The notes under the pieces: model-generated
Database searches by the model: none
Told to the model about the DNA's origin: nothing
What the model saw: only the letters and a program-made list of their open reading frames with translations
Program-made: the position numbers and the translations under genes
Origin: Acidobacteriota bacterium
GTDB lineage: Bacteria; Acidobacteriota; UBA890; WLXD01
Reading direction: 5' to 3'
NCBI GenBank assembly: GCA_965248695.1
Contig: CBDFKD010000002.1
Coordinates: 1,472,001 to 1,536,000, forward strand
Length of the DNA stretch: 64,000 nt
Shown: positions 1 to 8,527 of the stretch, piece by piece
Layout of the letters: each line of letters begins with the position of its first letter
Numbering within the stretch: position 1 is the first letter of the stretch

Positions 1-397
1 CGACGCCCAGCTTGTAACCCGCCGAGCGCAGCAGGCACAGCACCGATGCAGCTTCGCGATACGGCTTCCAGCCCTCGGCACCACGATAGAGCGAATAGAG
101 CTCGGTGAAGAACTCGCCGAAATCGTCGACGCCTTGATCGGCGGATTCGACGACGCGATCGACAAGCGTGCGCCACCAGCGATGCTCGCGCTCTTTGAGC
201 TCCGCATCGGGCATGGGAGAAAACGCCAGCGGCGGCATCGAGGGAAACACGGCGAAAAATGCTGCTTCGATCGCCGCCGTCGACAGCTCGGCGCCGTGCC
301 GACGGGCAACTGCTGCGTACGTCTCGCCAACCGGGAAGCGCACCTTCACGAGCGTTCCGCGTGCGTCGAACGTGACCGCTTTGATGACGTCTTTCAT
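1..397 (-). CDS. HAD-IA family hydrolase (REG-2/HDHD3-like), 3' end outside window
   Basis: Own translation from ATG 397: MKDVIKAVTFDARGTLVKVRFPVGETYAAVARRHG...WWRTLV...FFTELYSLY...GWKPY...LRSAGYKLGV; open to the window edge and not in the ORF track. Confidence 0.8.
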   Translation of the reverse strand, partial: MKDVIKAVTFDARGTLVKVRFPVGETYAAVARRHGAELSTAAIEAAFFAVFPSMPPLAFSPMPDAELKEREHRWWRTLVDRVVESADQGVDDFGEFFTELYSLYRGAEGWKPYREAASVLCLLRSAGYKLGV

Positions 398-491
398 AGC
401 CTGATCTTCGGCGCGAGCCATGCGGATCAGCGGACGGGGTTGGCTCGTCCGGGCGCCGCGCTCCGTAATCGTAGCGGCTCGGCGCTGTGGT

Positions 492-1541
492 TCAACCCGA
501 CTCGCTGTTCAGATTGGTCCGCATGATGGCGGCGTGCGGGCCGTCAAGAACCCTTTCGAGCGAGAACACGTCGCCGCCGGGACCGGGATGCCGAGTCAGC
601 ACGCCGTCGACGCGGGCGCGATCTTCGGCGTCGAGCTGCAGGTCGAGGGTACGTACCAGGTCGGCAAGGTGGTCGGCGTTGCGGGCACCGACGATCGCCG
701 CCGCCACCCCGGCTCGATCCAGTACCCATCGGGTCGCAACGTTCGCGATCACAGTCTGGTGGCGCTCGGCGATATCGGAAAGCACCTGCAACAGCTGCTG
801 AAACGCCCCCCAACCGCCGAAGTCGTCGATGATGAGCCGATACTTCTCGAGCGATCGATTGCTCCAGGGAGGGCTCGGCTCCGGCGCGTCCAGCCAGTGT
901 CGCGAAAGGAATCCGCCGGCCACGGTGCCGTAGCACAGCAGCGCCATGCCGTTGTCAGCGCCGTGAGCGACCAATCCATTCTCCGGACGGCGGTCGAGCA
1001 CCGAGTACTGCACCTGATTGCTGCACAGCCGGATGCCGGCAGCAGCGAGCTCTCTGAGGTGGGCGACGTCGAGGTTGGTCGCCGCCAGCAGGCGGATCTT
1101 GCCGGCCCTCTGCAAATCGCAAAGCCAGCCGGCGGTGTCCAGGACCCCGGGAACGGAGTCGTCCCACCAGTAGAACTGCACCAAGTCCAGGCGCTCCGCC
1201 CGCAGCCGCAAGAGCGAACGATCGATGATGCGCTCGACGTAGGCACGGTCCATGGTTGCGAGAGCATCGCGATCGGGCACGAACTTCGTGTGTACGCGGA
1301 TTCGCGAGGCGCCGCCTGCCAGCCTGCTGCGAAGTTCGCCCAGCAGCTCCTCGACACCGGTGTAGATATCGGCGCAATCGAAGGTACAGAACCCTGCGTC
1401 GACGAGCCGTTCGAGGTCAACGAGAACGCGCCGCCGATCCCCGGCGCCGTTGGGCGTATGCCCGGCGGAGAGTTGCCATAGGCCGATGATGATCGGCGGT
1501 ACGGCGTACCCGTCGGCAAGCTCGACGTGCGGTTCTCTCAT
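492..1541 (-). CDS. Aldo/keto reductase
   Basis: GLWQLS, FDCADIYTGVE, HTKFVP, SLLRLRAERLDLVQFYWWD, NQVQYSVLDRRP motifs; probable start MREPHV at 1541. Confidence 0.9.
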   Translation of the reverse strand: MREPHVELADGYAVPPIIIGLWQLSAGHTPNGAGDRRRVLVDLERLVDAGFCTFDCADIYTGVEELLGELRSRLAGGASRIRVHTKFVPDRDALATMDRAYVERIIDRSLLRLRAERLDLVQFYWWDDSVPGVLDTAGWLCDLQRAGKIRLLAATNLDVAHLRELAAAGIRLCSNQVQYSVLDRRPENGLVAHGADNGMALLCYGTVAGGFLSRHWLDAPEPSPPWSNRSLEKYRLIIDDFGGWGAFQQLLQVLSDIAERHQTVIANVATRWVLDRAGVAAAIVGARNADHLADLVRTLDLQLDAEDRARVDGVLTRHPGPGGDVFSLERVLDGPHAAIMRTNLNSESG

Positions 1542-1546
1542 CGTCT

Positions 1547-1891
1547 CTACTCGTTGCGCAAGGGGGTCGCAGTAACGTCCTGGTGACGGAATGTGGTGCG
1601 ACCTTCGCGCGTGATACGGAAGCGACCGCCGCATAGAGGATCCGGACAGGCAACTTCCATGTCGGTGGTCATCCAGTCATTCGGATGCGTATCGCGCTGC
1701 TTGGCTGGGAGCAGCGGCAACAAAGCCGCCAGCGAATAGATAGGAAATGTCTGCCCGGCGGGAAGCGACAGGTTCTCGCCCCGTAGCTCGAAGTAGTCGC
1801 CGACCCGATGGGCGCAGACCATCGGTCGGTCGCCGGCCACCACCTCGATCCGCAGATCGAACAGGGTGAACTCGTCGTCGTGCTGATTCAT
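1547..1891 (-). CDS. TIGR04076-like conserved small protein
   Basis: C-x-H-x-x-GD-YF and ACPDP motifs; 5 bp upstream of the AKR, consistent with an operon. Confidence 0.75.
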   Translation of the reverse strand: MNQHDDEFTLFDLRIEVVAGDRPMVCAHRVGDYFELRGENLSLPAGQTFPIYSLAALLPLLPAKQRDTHPNDWMTTDMEVACPDPLCGGRFRITREGRTTFRHQDVTATPLRNE

Positions 1892-1974
1892 GCTGGCCCC
1901 TCTCACTTCCGTTAAGGTCTCTCGCGGGCGATGGGAACACTCTGATGGATCTGGTTACGCTGCCGGGAGCGTAG

Positions 1975-3366
1975 ATGCAAGAAGCCGAGCAAGAAGCGGA
2001 GCGACAACCCGGACCGCTCCGGTTCTTCGGCGGCAGTGCTGGAGCGCTGGCGCCGTTCGTCGTGTTTCTTGCCGGTGTCACCTGGCTGGGCCTGTCTGGA
2101 GCTCCCGACGAACGGGGGCTTTGGCCGGTGCTGATCGCGGCCATCTTCGCCGCGTTGCTGCTGGCGCGCGACCGCGATCGCTACTGCCGCACGTTGCTAG
2201 GCGGCATGAGCCAACCGATTGTCATGCTCATGCTGATGGCCTGGATGCTCGCCGGCATTCTCGGCACGTTGCTCACCGCCGGCGGCGTCGTGGACGCGCT
2301 CGCCGGCGTGGCACGGGCCAGCGGCTTCCAGGGCGGAGCCTATGCCGCAGCCGCCGTCGTCGTTTGCTGCCTGTTGTCCGCCGCCACCGGGACCAGCCTG
2401 GGGACGCTGATTCTGTGCATGCCCGTGCTCTACCCGATGGGTGCGGCTCTGGGGGCCGATCCGACAATGCTCGCCGGTGCGATCATTGGCGGCGCCACCT
2501 TCGGCGACAACATCTCTCCGGTATCGGACACCACGATCGCCTCGGCAACAACGCAGGGGGCGGAGATCGGCATCGTAGTGCGCTCGCGCCTGCGCTACGC
2601 GCTGCCTGCAGCGGCGATTGCATTGTCCGGCTACGTGATCCTCGGCGGCCAGGGGAGCCCGCCCGGAGGGACTTCCGGGGCCCTGCACAGCGCCGCACCG
2701 CTCGCCCTGCTGGCGGCCCCGCTGCTGGTCTTCATACTGTTGCTGCAACGGCGCCATCTGGTCGAGGGTTTGCTGGTCGGGATCGCTGTGGCGCTGGCAA
2801 CAGGGTGGATCACCGGCTTGATCCGGCCGGCCGAAGTGCTGCAGATCGATCCGCAGGGGTTTGCTGCCGGCGGGCTGGTCGTGGACGGCATCGAACGCGC
2901 CCTGGGTATCTCTGTCTTCACACTGCTGCTGATGGGATTGGTAGCCGGTATCGAGGCCAGCGGCCTGCTCGATCGTCTGGTGCAAGCGGCGCGGCGATCG
3001 GCACAAACGCAGCGCGGAGCGGAGACCTGGATCTTTGCGACGGTCTCCGGTGCGGTGATGCTCACGACCCACTCGGTGGTCGCCATTCTCGCCGTCGGCC
3101 CTTTCGCCAAGCAGACTGGCGAGCAACTCGGGGTTGGGCCGACCCGCCGCGCCAATCTGCTCGATACCACCGTGTGCACCTACCCGTTCCTGTTCCCGTG
3201 GTTCATTCCCACCATCCTGGCCGCCTCGCTGACCGCGTCTGGGTCGACAACCGGCATGCCGCGTCTGAGCGCGCTGCAGGTAGGCCTCGCCAACCTGCAC
3301 TCATGGGTGCTGCTGCTGGTCGTGCTGCTGGCGGTCTTCGGAGGCTACGGTCGCCGCGACGAGTAG
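1975..3366 (+). CDS. NhaC-family (Na+/H+ antiporter-like, amino acid/organic acid) transporter
   Basis: Many TM helices; ATGTSLGT and GAIIGGATFGDNISPVSDTTIAS motifs. Confidence 0.85.
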   Translation: MQEAEQEAERQPGPLRFFGGSAGALAPFVVFLAGVTWLGLSGAPDERGLWPVLIAAIFAALLLARDRDRYCRTLLGGMSQPIVMLMLMAWMLAGILGTLLTAGGVVDALAGVARASGFQGGAYAAAAVVVCCLLSAATGTSLGTLILCMPVLYPMGAALGADPTMLAGAIIGGATFGDNISPVSDTTIASATTQGAEIGIVVRSRLRYALPAAAIALSGYVILGGQGSPPGGTSGALHSAAPLALLAAPLLVFILLLQRRHLVEGLLVGIAVALATGWITGLIRPAEVLQIDPQGFAAGGLVVDGIERALGISVFTLLLMGLVAGIEASGLLDRLVQAARRSAQTQRGAETWIFATVSGAVMLTTHSVVAILAVGPFAKQTGEQLGVGPTRRANLLDTTVCTYPFLFPWFIPTILAASLTASGSTTGMPRLSALQVGLANLHSWVLLLVVLLAVFGGYGRRDE

Positions 3367-3550
3367 GCCTATGTGGGTGCGCGCCCAGACGCCACGCTCG
3401 GACATCCGACGTAGTCGAGCGCTGGCAGGCTCGCGCTTGACCGCATGGACCATTCTCGGTTGACTTACCCGACCGTACGGCCCGCTTGTGGCCCGAGCGG
3501 CGGCGGCAGCCGCGCCGCGCCAGCTCGCCAGCAAACTCCAGGAGAGTCGC

Positions 3551-6500
3551 ATGCAGCCATATCAGCGTACCGCCAGTGTCCTTGTCGTGATCTTCGTGCT
3601 CGCCACCCTTGCGACGCTCTCGACATCACCGGCATTTGCCCAAGGTAGCCATCGCGATCTGCAGGAGGATCAGGCCAACGTCATCGTCGATCCCGCGTAC
3701 CTCGAAGGCCTGGAGTACCGGTCCTCCGGCTTCGCCCGCGGCGGACGGTCGACCGCCGTGACCGGCGTCATTGGAGACCCGCTGACCTACTACTTCGGGA
3801 GTACTGGCGGCGGCGTCTGGAAGACCAGTGATGCCGGCAACAACTGGACCAACATCAGCGACGGCTTCTTCGGCGTCGGCGCCATCGGGTCCATCGCGGT
3901 GGCGCCTTCCGATCCGAATGTGCTCTACGCCGGAACCGGATCCGGTTGCCCGCGCGGCAACGTCTCCAACGGAGACGGCATCTATCGGTCGACCGATGCC
4001 GGCAAGACCTGGAGCCACATCGGGCTCGACCACGCCGGGCAGATCCCCAAGATCCGCGTCCATCCGAACAACCCTGACGTCGTCTACGTGGCAGCGCTCG
4101 GGCACATCTTCGGCCCCAACGAAGATCGCGGCGTCTTCCGCTCCACCGACGGAGGCGCTACCTGGGACAAGGTGCTCTACATCGACGAGGCGACGGGCTT
4201 CAACCAGGTGGCCATGGACGTCAACAACCCGCGCATCCTTTACGCCGCTGCCTGGCGCGTCGAGCGCAAGCCTTGGACGCTTATCTCCGGCAACGACAAG
4301 GGCGGTATCTGGAAGAGCACCGACGGCGGGGATACCTGGTCGCAGCTCGGCGGGGGGTTGCCTACCGGTCTGGTGGGCAAGATCGACGTGACCGTTTCAG
4401 CAGCCAACTCCGATCGTCTGTGGGCACTCATCGAGGCCGAGGGAGCGCTCGGTGGCGTGTATCGCTCCGATGATGCGGGCGACAGCTGGCGCCGCATCAA
4501 CAGCGCTGCCAACCTGCGCCAGCGGCCTTGGTACTACACCCACATCTACGCCGATCCGAAGGACGAGAACACCGTCTACGCGCTCAACACCGGTGTCTAT
4601 CGCTCGATTGACGGTGGCACCAGATTCAACCAGCAGATCAGTGTGCCCCACGGCGACAACCACGACCTGTGGATCAATCCGGATTCGCCCGAGATAATGA
4701 TCAACGCCAACGATGGCGGCGCCAACGTGTCGTTCAACGGCGGCGCGTCGTGGTCTTGGCAGATGAACCAGCCGACGTCGGAGATCTATCGTGTCTTCGT
4801 CGACAACGACTGGCCGTACCGAATCTACGGCCCACAGCAAGACAACAGCACGATCTCGGTGCCCAGCGTGGCCCGCGGCGGCTTCGGCAGCGTGTTCCCC
4901 GACTGGTATCCCGTCGGCGGTTGTGAGTCCGGCCATATCGCCATCGACCCACGCGACAACTCGGTGACCTATGCCGGCTGCTATGGCGGCGCGATCTCGC
5001 GTGTGGATCGCAGCACCGGCTCGTCGCGTCAGATCCTCACCTACCCGCAGCTGCAACTGGGTCAGGCGGCGCGCGACCTCAAGTATCGCTTCCAGTGGAA
5101 CGCACCGATCCGACTCTCGCCTCATGATCCCGATGTCGTTTACCACACCTCGCAGGTCGTACATCGCACCCGCGATGCGGGCCAGAGCTGGGACGTAATC
5201 AGCCCCGACCTGACCACCGACAATCCCGAAACACAGGACTACGCCGGCGGGCCGATCAGCCATGACTCGACTGGCGTCGAGGTCTACAACACGATCTTTG
5301 CGTTCGAGGAGTCGCAGCACACGCCAGGCCTGCTGTGGTCGGGCTCCGACGACGGCAAGATCCATGTATCACGTGACGACGGCGCCAACTGGACCGACAT
5401 CACCCCCGACAACATGCCGCCCGGCGGCACAGTCAATGTCATCGACCTGTCGGCGCACGATCCTGGCCGCGCCCACGTAGGCGTGTACCGCTATCGCGAG
5501 GGCGACTTCCGGCCCTACATCTTCCAGACCACCGATTACGGTGACAGCTGGCGACTGCTAACCGACGGTAGCAACGGCATTCCCGCCACCAACTTCGTCC
5601 GCGCGGTCCGCGAGGACCCTGTGCAACAGGGCCTGATCTTCGCGGGCACCGAGTACGGGATGTTCGTGTCATTCGACGACGGTGCCCACTGGCAGACCCT
5701 CCAGTTGGACCTACCGGTAACGCCGGTCACCGACCTGCAGATCTATCGAGGAGATCTGATTGTCTCGACGCAGGGTCGCGGCTTCTGGATTCTCGACGAC
5801 ATGACCATGCTTCGTGAGCTCGACGAGGCCGCGAGAGCCGACGGCAACTACTTGTTTGCGCCGCGCAAGGCCTACCGCGCGGGCAACTTCGGTCCCACTC
5901 GGATTCGCTTTCACCTTGCTCAGGAGCCCGAGGGTGACGTCACGCTTACCATCCTCGACGCCGACGGTGAGGTTATGGAGGAGGTCATAGGGCAGGCGGG
6001 TGCCGAAACGCCGTTCGCGGGAGGCGGTGGATTCTTTGCCCAGTTTGGAAGCGGTTCTGCTTTTCTGCCGGCCGAGGAAGGCCTCAACACTTTCATCTGG
6101 CGCTTGCGGGAGGAGGGGCCGGACATGCCCGACGACGTCACGCTGTGGGGCTTTGCCCCCGGCCGACCGGTACTGCCCGGAACCTATACGGTCCGTGTCG
6201 CGAGTGGCGAGTGGAGCCAAGAGCAACAGATCGTCGTCGACATCAACCCGAAGCCCGGCCTGAGCCACGAGGATCTGCGCCTGCAACACGAGTTTCTCGG
6301 CGACGTCGCCGGGGCCATCGACGAGATGTACGACGGTTTGCGCAGCCTGCGCGACATCAAGAAGCAGAGTGCTGAGGTGGTGGAGCAGCTAGGCAGAGCC
6401 GACATCGACAACGAAGAGATCACCGCGGCGCAGGAATCGATGGCCGACAAGCTCACCGCAATCGAGGAGCAGATCACACAGGTCAAGAGCAGGTCGAGCC

Positions 6501-6745
6501 AGGACCCGCTGAACTTCCCGCCGATGCTCGACAATCAAATTGTCAACGTCTACGGCTACGCGCTGGGTGGTTTCGGTGGTGGAGACAATCGCCCCACCGA
6601 AGGCGCCCACGAGCGCTTCGAGGACCTGAAGCCTCAGCTCGCCTCGTTGATGAGTCAGTTGCAGGAGATCATCGACAACGACCTGGCGGCGTTCAACGCG
6701 CTGGTATCGGGCGCCGACGTGCCCGCCGTCGTGGTTTCTCAGTAG
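3551..6745 (+). CDS. Secreted BNR/Asp-box (sortilin/VPS10-like) beta-propeller protein, often annotated glycosyl hydrolase
   Basis: Signal peptide, many S/T-x-D-x-G-x-T/S-W Asp-boxes, helical C-terminus; CAGGAG RBS before ATG 3551. Confidence 0.85.
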   Translation: MQPYQRTASVLVVIFVLATLATLSTSPAFAQGSHRDLQEDQANVIVDPAYLEGLEYRSSGFARGGRSTAVTGVIGDPLTYYFGSTGGGVWKTSDAGNNWTNISDGFFGVGAIGSIAVAPSDPNVLYAGTGSGCPRGNVSNGDGIYRSTDAGKTWSHIGLDHAGQIPKIRVHPNNPDVVYVAALGHIFGPNEDRGVFRSTDGGATWDKVLYIDEATGFNQVAMDVNNPRILYAAAWRVERKPWTLISGNDKGGIWKSTDGGDTWSQLGGGLPTGLVGKIDVTVSAANSDRLWALIEAEGALGGVYRSDDAGDSWRRINSAANLRQRPWYYTHIYADPKDENTVYALNTGVYRSIDGGTRFNQQISVPHGDNHDLWINPDSPEIMINANDGGANVSFNGGASWSWQMNQPTSEIYRVFVDNDWPYRIYGPQQDNSTISVPSVARGGFGSVFPDWYPVGGCESGHIAIDPRDNSVTYAGCYGGAISRVDRSTGSSRQILTYPQLQLGQAARDLKYRFQWNAPIRLSPHDPDVVYHTSQVVHRTRDAGQSWDVISPDLTTDNPETQDYAGGPISHDSTGVEVYNTIFAFEESQHTPGLLWSGSDDGKIHVSRDDGANWTDITPDNMPPGGTVNVIDLSAHDPGRAHVGVYRYREGDFRPYIFQTTDYGDSWRLLTDGSNGIPATNFVRAVREDPVQQGLIFAGTEYGMFVSFDDGAHWQTLQLDLPVTPVTDLQIYRGDLIVSTQGRGFWILDDMTMLRELDEAARADGNYLFAPRKAYRAGNFGPTRIRFHLAQEPEGDVTLTILDADGEVMEEVIGQAGAETPFAGGGGFFAQFGSGSAFLPAEEGLNTFIWRLREEGPDMPDDVTLWGFAPGRPVLPGTYTVRVASGEWSQEQQIVVDINPKPGLSHEDLRLQHEFLGDVAGAIDEMYDGLRSLRDIKKQSAEVVEQLGRADIDNEEITAAQESMADKLTAIEEQITQVKSRSSQDPLNFPPMLDNQIVNVYGYALGGFGGGDNRPTEGAHERFEDLKPQLASLMSQLQEIIDNDLAAFNALVSGADVPAVVVSQ

Positions 6746-6800
6746 CGGTTCCGTAGCTCGACACATCGCAGCACGTTGCAACGCCGGGGGACCGACGAAG

Positions 6801-7220
6801 ATGGCAAAGAGCTTTCTATACCGGGTGTTCGGGATCGGCGCCGTCCCCAAGAGCATCCTGCCGGCGCTGCGACGCGAGGGGATGGTGCTGCTGGAGGAGG
6901 GCATCACGGGAACGGTTACCTATCGCAACTTCCGCGCCCCCGGCCGGCGCTCCGGATACCGCGTCAGCTGGTTCGTAGGCTCCCTTGTCGTCACGCAGGA
7001 GAGTTTCGCCAGGTTCGCGTTCTCGAAACCGATCGTCCACGTCCCGATGCAGACCGCCTATCTGGACAAGCTCAGCATCGAAACCGAGGGCAACTCCAAG
7101 CTCCTCGTTGCGTACGATGCCTCGGAGTTCGATGACGCCTCTTCCGGGGCCGTCGAGTGTCGCTTTTCGACGCCAAGCGCACGGCGCGTTCTCGACCAGC
7201 TCCGCGCTCGAGCGAAGTAG
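6801..7220 (+). CDS. Hypothetical protein
   Basis: 139-aa ATG ORF with typical composition in a gap free of other real genes. Confidence 0.65.
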   Translation: MAKSFLYRVFGIGAVPKSILPALRREGMVLLEEGITGTVTYRNFRAPGRRSGYRVSWFVGSLVVTQESFARFAFSKPIVHVPMQTAYLDKLSIETEGNSKLLVAYDASEFDDASSGAVECRFSTPSARRVLDQLRARAK

Positions 7221-7338
7221 CTCCACAACCGGACCCAGACCACGCGCCGCGCGCGGGTCGACTGGTATTCGCTCGGTCGCATCGCAACCACGTAACTTCC
7301 GGCGGCGTCCAACCGTAGACAGGAGCAGGGACCGCTCG

Positions 7339-7419
7339 AACGGCACGATCGGCTCCGGAGGGCGCTCGATCTCGCTGTCGACGATGAACGGCGACATACG
7401 GGTGCGGCGGGCGTCCTGA
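7339..7419 (+). pseudogene. Possible C-terminal remnant of a DUF4097 (adhesin-like beta-strand repeat) gene
   Basis: NGTIGSGGRSISLSTMNGDIRVRRAS* resembles DUF4097 C-termini; no plausible N-terminal part upstream. Confidence 0.35.
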
Positions 7420-7852
7420 TCTGCTGGTCGCGGCGTTGACGCCGCTCGGGAGCTTTCTTGTGTGGGAGCTAGGGCGGTGGCGGCGTGGCATCCGTCTTGG
7501 ACAGCGTCGCCGTTTGGTGGTCGATGGGTTTGGTTGCTCACGCGTCTCAGGCGTAGGTGGGTGAGCTTCTGGTTTGGCGATGCTGTCTACGACGGATACC
7601 GCGCCGCCACCGCCCTACCGACCATCGAGGTTTCCGGCCCTAGCGTCGACCCCGACCTCAAGAGCCGACCGGAGGCCGATATCAACGGCTTTGCCGACGT
7701 GACGGGGTCATTCGCAGGTAAGGAGAGCAAGGCGGCACCGGTCGGCCCGTCGCAGCGACGCCTTCCATCGGCTCGTGTTCCTGAGCGAGCCCGGCGCGGA
7801 GCTCCGGAGAGCGACCTCCGTGTCCGCCCCGCCGACCTCTACAACCCGGCGA

Positions 7853-8527
7853 TCAACCAGCTCCCAGCGCCGATCGAACTCGGCGAACGTACTCCAAGCT
7901 GACGCCGTGGATTCGCAGCTTCACCAGTTGCTCGGGCGCAATGTCAGCGTAGCCGAGACCGTTCATGCCGCGGACGAAATCAGCGGACACGCCGTGGATG
8001 GCGAACTTGACCAGGTCCGCCTCCGGTAGGTCTCCGTAGCCGAGATCGGCCAGCGCAGCGACGTACGCGGTGGTGACGTTCTGGGTTGCGAACAGGAACA
8101 ACCGCTCGGTGGACAGGCCTGGATACCCCAGGTCGGCCATGCGGCGTACATACGCAGCATCGGCCGTGAAGGCGAAGAAGCCGGTGCCGCGGCCACTGCG
8201 AAACTCACCGTCGAAGACGAGCGAGCCTGCCTCGCGTGCCAGGCGGAAGCTGACGTCGGTGGCGGTGCCACGCACCTGTGACAACGGGACTCCGCTCAGT
8301 TCGCTGATGTCGACGCCAAAGCCCGTCTGCCAGTTTCCCTGGTCACGTCCACGGTCGAGCTTGAGGTTCAAATGCACCCGCGGTGCGCGCTCGGTGTCGC
8401 GATCGTCCTCCCAAGAGCGAGACTCCCACAGGCCGCTGACCTCCTGCGCCAGGGCCGGGCCCGGGAGGATCACCGCCGCGGCGATTGCGATGGTTCCGGC
8501 GACAAACAGCAGCTTTCGCGCCTTCAT
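7853..8527 (-). CDS. Secreted protein with three C-terminal 29-aa IHG repeats
   Basis: Signal peptide (ALA-Q); VKFAIHGVS and VKLRIHGVS repeats; ATGA overlap with the upstream M56 gene. Confidence 0.8.
   Translation of the reverse strand: MKARKLLFVAGTIAIAAAVILPGPALAQEVSGLWESRSWEDDRDTERAPRVHLNLKLDRGRDQGNWQTGFGVDISELSGVPLSQVRGTATDVSFRLAREAGSLVFDGEFRSGRGTGFFAFTADAAYVRRMADLGYPGLSTERLFLFATQNVTTAYVAALADLGYGDLPEADLVKFAIHGVSADFVRGMNGLGYADIAPEQLVKLRIHGVSLEYVRRVRSALGAG

Noticed and set aside
7462-7902. 146-aa ORF as a real gene
   Set aside because: Weak start, overlaps the neighbouring gene's end, no recognisable motif
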